A stretch of 52,323 nucleotides of DNA, from assembly GCA_913062615.1 (NCBI GenBank), contig CAJXXI010000001.1, positions 1 to 52,323 on the forward strand, given 5' to 3'. Origin of the DNA: an uncultured bacterium. GTDB taxonomy: Bacteria > Planctomycetota > Phycisphaerae > Phycisphaerales > UBA1924. The notes beneath the pieces are model-generated. The model did not search any database and was not told the origin of the DNA. It saw nothing but the letters and a program-made list of their open reading frames with translations. Positions 9,823 to 17,597 of the stretch are shown piece after piece; within the stretch, counting starts at the first letter, position 1; every line of letters starts with the position of its first letter. Position numbers and translations under genes: made by a program.

Positions 9823-11190
9823 TCAATCTTCAAGCCGATCCATCAGCCGCTCAAACATGCTCATAAGCCGATCCATCTGCTCGCTCATCTGATCCATTTG
9901 GCGATTGAGACGATCTTCAAGCTGAGCGAGCCGATTTTCCATCCCGCCCATGTGCTCATGGAGAGCCTCGGGATTCATTCCGGGAAGCTGCTCATGAATC
10001 TGGTGGAGTCCTTGTTTGAGCTGATTGGCATGCTCATGAAGTTCCTTTGCATTCTGAACAAAGAGCTTCCCATCTCGGAACTCAAGGATCTGACGCTCGG
10101 CGTCCTTCATCGCGGCCATCGCCTTGCCACGCATTTCGATCGCGATCTCTCGGTGTTCTCCGGATCTCTCGAGTTCTCTCAACTGGACATGGAGGCGATC
10201 TTTGAGTTTCTCGAGTTCAAGCCCTTGAATGTTGCCGAAAGCTCCTTCTTCGAGCTCTTCGAGAATTTGAAGCTCAAACACATTTTCATCGGGTGATTTA
10301 ACCTGAAAATCTTTTACTACTTTGGATGATCCAAGTGCCTGTGCGTTGTACTCGGCGAGCTTCACTTTGAGTTTGATCTTGTCGCCGCTGCGAAGCACAA
10401 TAATTTTCATCGTGTCGCCGGCCTCTTTTTCAGCCAAGATTTTTCCGAGCAGCTCGCCGCTGGCTTGATCGCTTCCATCGATTGAAACGATTACATCAAA
10501 GACTTCAAGTCCCGCAGCCTGTGCTGGGAGCCCGTCGATTACGTCCTCAACGAGGATCGCATGCATGCCGTCTTTGAGTTTGAGATGCTTCCGGAGAATC
10601 TTCGAAGGCTCGCCGAGGTTGATACCCAGCATCACCTTTGGAGTGGCATACTTAAAATCAACTACAAACTCGCCATCCTCTGGTGCGTCTGCTGCTACGA
10701 AAAAAGCGTTCGAGCCTTCTTTCAACTCGAAGTTGCCACCAGATGATGAGCTCCAGGACTTCACTACATGTTTGCCGTCGTTTTCACTGTGAACTTCGTA
10801 GAGTGCCTTGGGTGGGTGAGGCATGTTTGGCATGATGGGCTTATTATGCTCTTTGTGCAACTTGATCTCATGGAGCGTTTTTCCATCATCGGTAAGAAAA
10901 ACAATGATGTTGTCTTTGAGTTCAACAAACTTGTGGTCCAGCTCTTCTCCATCAAGATGGACGAGATCGATCACACCATTCACTAGTTTGATTTTGTAGA
11001 CATGCTCGTCGTCGTGATCGGTATAGACCATCACTGTTTTTTTATCGCCGTCGGCTTGTGCTTTGGCGGTGTCTGCCTTGGCAGAATATTCGACCTTGAA
11101 CTGGGCAGCCGCCATTGATGCCGGGAGCCCGGTTGCGGCGATCATTATCGCGATGAGTGCTTTTTTGTTGAGTGTGTGTAACATGGTCAT
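9823..11190 (-). CDS. Secreted PDZ-domain protein with a coiled-coil, His/Met-rich C-terminal tail
   Basis: GGAGAA lies upstream. The signal peptide is MTMLHTLNKKALIAIMIAATGLPASMAAAQ. The PDZ-like core is AILVEDVIDGLPAQAAGLEVFDVIVSIDGSD...GDTMKIIVLRSGDKIKLKV. The tail is ...HEHANQLKQGLHQIHEQLPGMNPEALHEHMGGMENRL...QMDQMSEQMDRLMSMFERLMDRLED. Confidence 0.7.
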   Translation of the reverse strand: MTMLHTLNKKALIAIMIAATGLPASMAAAQFKVEYSAKADTAKAQADGDKKTVMVYTDHDDEHVYKIKLVNGVIDLVHLDGEELDHKFVELKDNIIVFLTDDGKTLHEIKLHKEHNKPIMPNMPHPPKALYEVHSENDGKHVVKSWSSSSGGNFELKEGSNAFFVAADAPEDGEFVVDFKYATPKVMLGINLGEPSKILRKHLKLKDGMHAILVEDVIDGLPAQAAGLEVFDVIVSIDGSDQASGELLGKILAEKEAGDTMKIIVLRSGDKIKLKVKLAEYNAQALGSSKVVKDFQVKSPDENVFELQILEELEEGAFGNIQGLELEKLKDRLHVQLRELERSGEHREIAIEMRGKAMAAMKDAERQILEFRDGKLFVQNAKELHEHANQLKQGLHQIHEQLPGMNPEALHEHMGGMENRLAQLEDRLNRQMDQMSEQMDRLMSMFERLMDRLED

Positions 11191-11282
11191 TGATTTTCTC
11201 CGTTCGATTTCGTTGGTGTTTGAGTTGGTGTTTTCTATTTGTAGAGATGTGTTGTCGAGTGCTTTCTGTCATGTTTTATGAT

Positions 11283-11987
11283 TTAAAATGAACTCTTGCT
11301 CTGTGGTGAGAGTTTCACAGGCACCGTGAACACATTGCCGGTCTCGTCGAGCATCTCGCGGTACGCGTGGTCGATAACTCGGCGTTCGATAATCTGACGC
11401 AGATACAGCACCTCGATGGTGCCATCGGGCATTGGGCGTGTTTCGATCACGATGTGTTCGGGCATCTCGCCGACAACTTGCCCAGAGCTCTGACCAGATG
11501 TCAGATACTGATCGAACGCCTGATTGGGTTGGGCATCGTTTAAGAACATTCCTGTGCCTACAGAACCCGCAATCACTGGATCATTATCGTTGTATGTTTG
11601 AGTCATTGGCTTGCCAAAGGACCACACGAGCAAAATCGCCGCGGCTGCCGCCCAGCCTCCCCACCGTGAGACAATATCCATTTTGGTGCGCATCGAGCGA
11701 TCGTCGATCATCCCGCCTGGGAGTTCGACACCATCTGCGATTGAAACCGAGTGCTCAACATGGGCACACACCATTTCGTGAAGCGTCTGAATTTCAGCAA
11801 GCTCGCCCCAGATGCTCGGATCATGGGCAGCGATCGCGCGGAATGTTGCCCAATCAGTGCTTGTTGCGACACCATCGATCACACGAGAGATCAACACATC
11901 ACGCTCATCACCCGGCAAGCCAATCACAGGCTGATCGTTTGATTCATTTGAGTTTGTTGGATTTGAGTTCATAGGTTGATCACTCAT
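11283..11987 (-). CDS. Anti-sigma factor (single-pass membrane protein)
   Basis: The ATG at 11987 overlaps the sigma gene stop (ATGA). It has a cytoplasmic N-domain (DVLISRVIDGVATSTDWATFRAIAAHDPSIWGELAEIQTLHEMV), one TM (WGGWAAAAAILLVWSF) and an extracytoplasmic domain. The longer 363-aa track ORF overlaps the sigma gene out of frame and is not used. Confidence 0.7.
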   Translation of the reverse strand: MSDQPMNSNPTNSNESNDQPVIGLPGDERDVLISRVIDGVATSTDWATFRAIAAHDPSIWGELAEIQTLHEMVCAHVEHSVSIADGVELPGGMIDDRSMRTKMDIVSRWGGWAAAAAILLVWSFGKPMTQTYNDNDPVIAGSVGTGMFLNDAQPNQAFDQYLTSGQSSGQVVGEMPEHIVIETRPMPDGTIEVLYLRQIIERRVIDHAYREMLDETGNVFTVPVKLSPQSKSSF

Positions 11988-12604
11988 CGTGCACCTCCAG
12001 CGGTCTGTTGTGCTTCTACTCGTTGCTCTGCCTGCGTGCTCTGTTGTGCGAGGAGCTCTTTGAGCATCCGTCTGCCCCGCGCGATGCGGGTCTCGATTGT
12101 CGTCGTCGGCAGCTCGAGCACCTCGCCGATCTGCTGATAACTCATCGAACGAACACACCGCAATAAAATCGGCTCGCGATACCCAGCAGGGAGCGACATC
12201 GCTGCCTGATAGATTCTTTTTGATTCGTCTGAGTCCGCTGCGATCGTGTCGGCCGACTCTGGCTGACGCCCGTTTGCGTGTTCCATCCCAACGAGCCTCA
12301 GCATTGATTTCTTTCGGCGAGTCGTTTTGCGACCCTCCTCGCGGGCAGCATTCACCGCAACCGTCCGCAACCACGATTTGAACGCTCTAGGTTCATTGAT
12401 CGTCGATATGTTTCGGCAAACCTGCATCGCCACCACCTGAAGCAAATCCTCAAGATCAGCTTCGCGTGGTTTGTGGGCTAACAAAATCGCAGCCACCCAC
12501 CGACGCGATTGATGCCAGAGATGATTGAGCGCATCACGATCACCCGCGATCGCCGATTCGATCGCAGCATCAAACGCTGATCCATTCATCCCCTGCTCAT
12601 TCAC
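11984..12604 (-). CDS. ECF-type RNA polymerase sigma-70 family factor
   Basis: It has region 2 (DLEDLLQVVAMQVCRNISTINEPRAFKSWLRTVAVNAAREE) and a region 4 HTH (SMSYQQIGEVLELPTTTIETRIARGRRMLKELL). Confidence 0.85.
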   Translation of the reverse strand: MNEQGMNGSAFDAAIESAIAGDRDALNHLWHQSRRWVAAILLAHKPREADLEDLLQVVAMQVCRNISTINEPRAFKSWLRTVAVNAAREEGRKTTRRKKSMLRLVGMEHANGRQPESADTIAADSDESKRIYQAAMSLPAGYREPILLRCVRSMSYQQIGEVLELPTTTIETRIARGRRMLKELLAQQSTQAEQRVEAQQTAGGAR

Positions 12605-12791
12605 AAATCACCTGTTTCGCCAGTTTCGTCTGATGGGTTCAATACCTACCTTCGGTTATCCTCGTTGCTAAGATGCATACGACAGTGCTTCCTGTCAGGT
12701 TGTACCGAATTGGGAGCAAATTGTTTCCCGTTGGCTCAATATCCATCCCACCATCCGCTCAGGTCCGGTAATACCCCTTAAATCGCTCTCT

Positions 12792-13859
12792 ATGTTCAAC
12801 AAACGATCACCCAGTCAGGTCCCCGGACGCGACGAGCCAAGCTCGTTTGGTGTATCGAGCACCGGGGTGATGTCATTTGGGGATCACCTCGAGGATCTCC
12901 GTAAACGGGTGTTTTACTCGATTATTGGTGTTGTACCCATTTTTATGATCGCCTTTGGATTTGGGCGTCCGCTGCTCCAACTCCTCATCGAGCCCGCACG
13001 CCATCAGCTCACCAAAGCCGGTCAAGGCTCACAACTCCTCGCGACCGGGCCTTTCGAGACCTTCGGCGCGGTGATTCAGATTGCGCTGATCATCACGGTG
13101 TTGTTGGGATCACCCTGGCTGCTCTATCAGCTCTGGTTGTTTGTCTCGCCGGGGTTGTACAAGCACGAACGCAAAATCGTGCACTTGCTTATCCCGTTCT
13201 CGGCGCTGCTCACCGTGCTCAGTGTGCTGTTTCTCTACTACGTCATTCTGCCTGTGATTCTCTCGTTCTTCATCGGGTTCGGTGCCAAAGTCAGTGGCGA
13301 GCTCAATGTCCTCACCGCGCCGGTGCCCGAAGGCATCGTTTTCACAATGATCCCGGTACTCGAAGCTGATCCGCCAGACCCGACCGTGGGCATGATGTGG
13401 ATCAACGAGACCCTCCACCAACAACGCGTCTGTGTCGATGTGATAGATGGCAAACCCATCATCAGCATCATGAACCTCACCTCGAACATCGGCATCGCCC
13501 AGCAATACCGAATCTCGGAATACATTAAGACCGTGCTCAACATGGGTTTAGCGTTCGGCATCGCGTTCCAGACGCCGGTGGTTGTGGTGATGCTCGGATG
13601 GGTCGGGATACTCAATCCCAAGCTGATGTCCCGGTATCGCAAGCACGCGATCGCGGTGTGTGCGATTGTTGGTGCGTTTATGACCCCGGCCGACCCGCTT
13701 TCGATGTTGTTGCTGGCTGGGCCACTGTATTTTCTCTACGAGCTCGGATTGTTTATCTTGCAGGTCTTCCCCATTGAGCGGGTGCTCGGCGGGCAATCAA
13801 TGCGTGAAACACAAGATGAGTCAGCAGTCACCGATGAAGATGCGGGCGAAGGCGAGTGA
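12792..13859 (+). CDS. tatC: Twin-arginine translocase subunit TatC (long form with loop insertion)
   Basis: It has FGDHLEDLRKRVFYSIIGV, the six-TM pattern, SPGLYKHERK, GIAFQTPVVVVMLGWVGI and FMTPADPLSM. At 355 aa it is longer than the ~250 aa typical of TatC. Confidence 0.85.
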   Translation: MFNKRSPSQVPGRDEPSSFGVSSTGVMSFGDHLEDLRKRVFYSIIGVVPIFMIAFGFGRPLLQLLIEPARHQLTKAGQGSQLLATGPFETFGAVIQIALIITVLLGSPWLLYQLWLFVSPGLYKHERKIVHLLIPFSALLTVLSVLFLYYVILPVILSFFIGFGAKVSGELNVLTAPVPEGIVFTMIPVLEADPPDPTVGMMWINETLHQQRVCVDVIDGKPIISIMNLTSNIGIAQQYRISEYIKTVLNMGLAFGIAFQTPVVVVMLGWVGILNPKLMSRYRKHAIAVCAIVGAFMTPADPLSMLLLAGPLYFLYELGLFILQVFPIERVLGGQSMRETQDESAVTDEDAGEGE

Positions 13860-13865
13860 TTCATC

Positions 13866-14381
13866 ATGTCCAAGCCGATCAACACATCTCATCGAGAATC
13901 GCCACAGTCGGCTCCTACCGATCTTGACCGGTCGATGATGCAACGGGCCATCGGGCTCGCTGACGACTCGTCAGCACTCGGCGAGGTGCCCGTGGGTGCG
14001 ATCGTATATGACACGACCACGGGCGAGATTCTTGCCAGTGCACACAACACCCGCGAGATGCACAACAACCCGGCCGGGCACGCCGAGTTCAGTGCGATCC
14101 TCCAGGCGTGCGAATCAATCGATGATTGGCGTCTCAACCACTGCACCCTCGTCGTCACCCTCGAGCCTTGCCCGATGTGCGCGGGGCTGATTGTGAATGC
14201 ACGCATCGGCCGGTTGGTCTACGGGGCATCCGATCCCAAAGCCGGGGCTGTGCGATCGTTGTTCTCGCTGTGCGATGACTCAAGATTGAATCACCGATGC
14301 GAAATCATCGCTGGGCTCGAACAAACCCATTGCTCCCAACAACTCACCAAGTTCTTCCGTTCGCTCAGAGATCAGAAATAA
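13866..14381 (+). CDS. tadA: tRNA adenosine(34) deaminase
   Basis: It has the CDA zinc motifs HAEFSAILQAC and LEPCPMCAGLIVNARIGRLVYG. Confidence 0.9.
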   Translation: MSKPINTSHRESPQSAPTDLDRSMMQRAIGLADDSSALGEVPVGAIVYDTTTGEILASAHNTREMHNNPAGHAEFSAILQACESIDDWRLNHCTLVVTLEPCPMCAGLIVNARIGRLVYGASDPKAGAVRSLFSLCDDSRLNHRCEIIAGLEQTHCSQQLTKFFRSLRDQK

Positions 14382-14413
14382 TCACACTCTGAGCTCTTCG
14401 ACTTATCATGGGT

Positions 14414-14422
14414 CTATCCACA
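14414..14422 (+). promoter_or_regulatory. DnaA box-like 9-mer (CTATCCACA, 1 mismatch to TTATCCACA)
   Basis: Read directly from the sequence. Confidence 0.4.
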
Positions 14423-14722
14423 TGATGCGTTCGAGATGATCCGAGTTGTTGATCTCAGACCGATCGGATGTCTCTTTGTATTCAATTCAATTAGATAAAT
14501 TTATGGTGGTGGTAGTAATTACCGCGCCTATTTGGTGAATAACACGCATCACGAGACAGTAATCCATTTGTTTTAAGCGGTTTAGGGCAGCAATAGGGCT
14601 GCTGCTAAGCTGTCGGTTGCATGTCGGTTGCGCTCGGGGAAATTCATCTACCACAAGCAACCAAATTCATGAACTGCGACCCAACACTCAACCGCCAAAC
14701 GCATCCGAGCGCAACTGTCCAG

Positions 14723-14731
14723 TTATCCACG
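14723..14731 (+). promoter_or_regulatory. DnaA box-like 9-mer (TTATCCACG, 1 mismatch)
   Basis: Read directly from the sequence. Confidence 0.4.
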
Positions 14732-14790
14732 CCTTATACACCGCGCAGTTGGGCGCGATTATCGCCCAGTTTTGAGTGTGCGTGTCGTGT

Positions 14791-16302
14791 TTAGGTAGAG
14801 CGGAGTCGAGATTCGAGCGTGCGGATTTGGGCGAGCAGTTCTTGATCGTCCTTGCACTTCTTCGAGATCGTCCGCACGGCGTGCATGACTGTGGTGTGGT
14901 CTCGGCCGCCGAAGTGGGCGCCGATCTCTTCGAGCGAATGCTTGGTGTTCTGGCGGGTGAGGTACATCCCGATCTGGCGTGGATGGGCGATCGACTTGTG
15001 TCTGCGTTTGCCCAAAAGATCAGCCCGTTTGATGTGATAGAACTGCATGATCTCGGAGATGATCTGCTCGATGGTTGGGCCGGTGCCTGTGATCGCGGTT
15101 GATGAGGTGAACTCGGCGCCCAACGCTCGGCGGGTAAGCTCAAGATCAATCGGATTCTTCTCGATGCTCGACACAATCTGAAGCTTGGTGATCGCACCTT
15201 CGAGCTCGCGGATGTTCGAATCAATATGGTGGGCGATCTCGGTCGCGACCTCGTCGGGGAGGGTCAGCCCGCGGTTGTGGGCTTTGCGCTTGAGAATCTC
15301 GACGCGGGTTTCGAATCCGGGTTTATCGACCTTGACGACCAATCCCCACAAGAACCGCGAGACCATCCGCTCTTCGAGATCGGGGATCTCTTCGGGCGGG
15401 GCATCGGAACTCATGATGATCTGCTTGTTGCCCTGATACAGCGCGTTAAAGGTATGGAAGAACTCTTCTTGCGTGCGATCGCGTTTGGCGAGGAAGTGGA
15501 TATCGTCGACGACCAAGAGATCAACATCGCGGAAGGTATGGCGGAACTCAACCATGCGCCCGGATTGCACCGCGCTCATGAACTGGGTCATGAATCCATC
15601 GCACGAGACATAGTGCATGACCATGCTCGGGTGCTTCTGCTTGATCTTGAGGCAGATCGCCTGGAGCAGGTGGGTTTTGCCCAATCCGACGCCGCCATGG
15701 ATAAAAAGCGGGTTGTAGGCGTGCCCTGGGTTGTCCGCGACCGCGACGGCTGCAGCGTGTGCCATCTGGTTGTTTGGGCCGATGACAAACTGATCGAATC
15801 CATAGTCAGGGTTGATCGGCAGCGCGTTATCATGGTCGAGCCAAGCGCGTTCGGATGCGACATGCGAAGCGGGCGGGGGCTTGGTTTCGGTTCGGTTCGG
15901 TGGTTCAACCAAGGCTGTATTTTTTATGCCGCCCGCGGCGACAAATGCGGGGGCAGCTGCGCGAATCTCGATCTTTGCATCCGTGGTATCAACCTGCGAA
16001 GAGTTCGCTTTGGCCTTGGTAGATGTGGCGTTTTTGGTCGCTGAAGCCCACTCGTCGTTTGGGCCGAGCATCCGGACCGCGATGAGTTGTCCGGTGACAG
16101 ATCGGACCGCATCGTTGAAGGCTTCGAGTCCATTTCGGCGGAGATAATCTCGGTGTGGATCAGAATGAGCACGCACACCAAAGGTACCTGAGACAATGCC
16201 GAGGGGTTCGAGGTCTTCGAACCATCTGCGAGCAATCGTTGGGTGTTCTGTGCGGATGTGCGAAAGGACATCTTCCAAGACCTGATGATCGTGGGCGGGC
16301 AT
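14791..16302 (-). CDS. dnaA: Chromosomal replication initiator protein DnaA
   Basis: 503 aa. It has Walker [25 protein letters not shown], the sensor region and the C-terminal DNA-binding helix ([42 protein letters not shown]). Confidence 0.95.
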   Translation of the reverse strand: MPAHDHQVLEDVLSHIRTEHPTIARRWFEDLEPLGIVSGTFGVRAHSDPHRDYLRRNGLEAFNDAVRSVTGQLIAVRMLGPNDEWASATKNATSTKAKANSSQVDTTDAKIEIRAAAPAFVAAGGIKNTALVEPPNRTETKPPPASHVASERAWLDHDNALPINPDYGFDQFVIGPNNQMAHAAAVAVADNPGHAYNPLFIHGGVGLGKTHLLQAICLKIKQKHPSMVMHYVSCDGFMTQFMSAVQSGRMVEFRHTFRDVDLLVVDDIHFLAKRDRTQEEFFHTFNALYQGNKQIIMSSDAPPEEIPDLEERMVSRFLWGLVVKVDKPGFETRVEILKRKAHNRGLTLPDEVATEIAHHIDSNIRELEGAITKLQIVSSIEKNPIDLELTRRALGAEFTSSTAITGTGPTIEQIISEIMQFYHIKRADLLGKRRHKSIAHPRQIGMYLTRQNTKHSLEEIGAHFGGRDHTTVMHAVRTISKKCKDDQELLAQIRTLESRLRST

Positions 16303-16483
16303 GCGTGGAGACTTTCGACCAAATAGGCAACGAGGTGGATTGTTGCGGTGAGTGTGTTTTTGTCCAAATCGAGCTGTTGCAATTACTTATCAAAGACGAA
16401 TCAAATCAAAGGTGCAACCGATTTCTGTTCCGACCCATAGGCTAATCACTCAAGCGTGTCGATGCAACCATTCTTTGGCGAAC

Positions 16484-16492
16484 TTATCCACA
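16484..16492 (+). promoter_or_regulatory. Perfect consensus DnaA box TTATCCACA upstream of dnaA
   Basis: This is an exact 9-mer, 182 nt upstream of the dnaA start, in the divergent intergenic region. Confidence 0.55.
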
Positions 16493-16621
16493 TTGGTAAA
16501 ATTCACCGAGTGAACAGTTGGCACCAAAGACTTGGCGCGGACAATTCGCACAAATCAAATCGAGACGCTACTCTTTGTGTATGCGTAGGTTGAGTCAGAT
16601 TGTTCGGTGTAGATAAATCGA

Positions 16622-17086
16622 TTGGATTGTACTGTGAGTCAGGAAATACATATCTTGTTTGTGTGCACCGGCAACACCTGCCGATCGCCGATGGCGCAGG
16701 TGATCGCACAGCAACTGATCCAAACCCTCGCACCAACCGAGTTTTTGATCAAGGTAAACTCGGCCGGGGTGGCTGCGGGCGATGGGTTCAACGCATCACA
16801 AGAAGCGGTGATTGTGATGAACCAACGTGGGATCGATCTCTCTGGACATCAGTCTAAGATGCTCACAATAGAACTTGTTGAGTGGGCTGATGTGATCTTT
16901 GCGATGACCCCTTCGCACGCCCAGGCGGTGTTAAGGGGTGCGCCGCACGCAAAGAACAAGGTTTTTCCGGTTGATGCAATGCATCCTGTTCTTGATCCGA
17001 TCGGCGGCCCAGTTGAGGTCTATCGTGAGGTGGCTGACCAACTCGAACGACTTATCCGAGCCAGACTCGAGGAGATCATATCATGA
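16622..17086 (+). CDS. Low-molecular-weight protein tyrosine/arginine phosphatase (YwlE-like)
   Basis: It has the P-loop ILFVCTGNTCRSPMAQ and a C-terminal DP motif (VLDPIGG). The start is uncertain: TTG 16622 or GTG 16634. Confidence 0.85.
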   Translation: MDCTVSQEIHILFVCTGNTCRSPMAQVIAQQLIQTLAPTEFLIKVNSAGVAAGDGFNASQEAVIVMNQRGIDLSGHQSKMLTIELVEWADVIFAMTPSHAQAVLRGAPHAKNKVFPVDAMHPVLDPIGGPVEVYREVADQLERLIRARLEEIIS

Positions 17087-17574
17087 GCGATTCAGAGTTA
17101 ATGCGTGTAATCATCGGCGCGGATCATCGCGGAATGAGCACCGCCCAACGCGTGCAGGAGACACTCACCCACCTTGGACACTCGGCAGCGATAGTCGAAT
17201 CATGCGAGGGCAGTTGTGATTATCCCGAGCAGGCATACTTTGTTGGTCAAGAGATGAACAAAGGGCGTGCCGATCGAGGTGTGCTGATCTGTGGCACCGG
17301 GATCGGGATGTCGATCGCAGCAAACAAGGTCCATGGGTTGCGCGCTGCGTTGGTGCATGATGAACTCACCGCCCAACTCTCGCGTTCGCACAATGATGCC
17401 AATGTGCTGTGCCTCTCTGCCGATTTGCTCGGCGAACGATTGATCGACAAGGTGGTCGAGGTTTGGATGGGCACCAAGTTTGATGGCGGGCGTCACGAGC
17501 GCCGGGTGAACAAGATCACCGCGATCCAAGACGGGATCGATCCGTGCACGATCACCGATACGCCGATTTCATAA
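17083..17574 (+). CDS. rpiB: Ribose-5-phosphate isomerase B
   Basis: It has IIGADHRG and LICGTGIGMSIAANKVHGLRAALVHD. The ATGA overlaps the upstream phosphatase gene, matching the conserved ywlE-ywlF type pairing. Confidence 0.9.
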   Translation: MSDSELMRVIIGADHRGMSTAQRVQETLTHLGHSAAIVESCEGSCDYPEQAYFVGQEMNKGRADRGVLICGTGIGMSIAANKVHGLRAALVHDELTAQLSRSHNDANVLCLSADLLGERLIDKVVEVWMGTKFDGGRHERRVNKITAIQDGIDPCTITDTPIS

Positions 17575-17597
17575 ACGCGTTGAAGTAAACCACCGAT

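Larger units (their letters stand above)
14382..14790. other. Candidate chromosomal replication origin (oriC) region downstream of dnaA
   Basis: This is a 409-nt non-coding gap next to dnaA. It has two near-consensus DnaA boxes (cTATCCACA 14414-14422; TTATCCACg 14723-14731). An AT-rich core sits at 14471-14505 (tctctttgtattcaattcaattagataaatttatg). TGTCGGTTGC occurs as a direct repeat at 14611-14620 and 14622-14631. Confidence 0.4.

Noticed and set aside
9673-10296. A 207-aa plus-strand ORF
   Set aside because: It is antisense to the PDZ protein's coiled-coil tail. Repetitive heptad coding sequence gives open antisense frames, and there is no RBS or motif.
11988-12374. An N-terminal 129-aa extension of the anti-sigma ORF (track ORF 11283..12374)
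   Set aside because: It overlaps the ECF sigma gene out of frame and is Arg-rich nonsense. An ATG at 11987 forms an ATGA overlap with the sigma stop and begins a sensible anti-sigma N-domain.
12605-12700. A possible ECF-type autoregulated promoter (TGAACC-N16-CGAA on the minus strand) upstream of the sigma gene
   Set aside because: The -10-like element would lie only ~15 nt from the start codon, leaving no room for a leader or RBS. The match to GGAAC/CGT-type ECF promoters is weak.
14750-14773. A small hairpin, TGGGCG-CGATTAT-CGCCCA followed by GTTTT, just beyond the dnaA stop
   Set aside because: It has only a 6-bp stem and a 4-T run on the plus strand, with no T-run on the dnaA strand. 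That is too weak to call a terminator. It is noted only as part of the candidate oriC gap.
15226-16044. A 272-aa plus-strand ORF antisense to dnaA. There are similar long antisense ORFs at 18009..18752, 23676..24350, 25315..25962, 35552..36277, 47025..47786 and 48004..48774.
   Set aside because: Each lies entirely inside a confidently identified gene on the other strand. Each has a biased composition (R/H/P/G-rich) and no motifs. They are treated as shadow ORFs.
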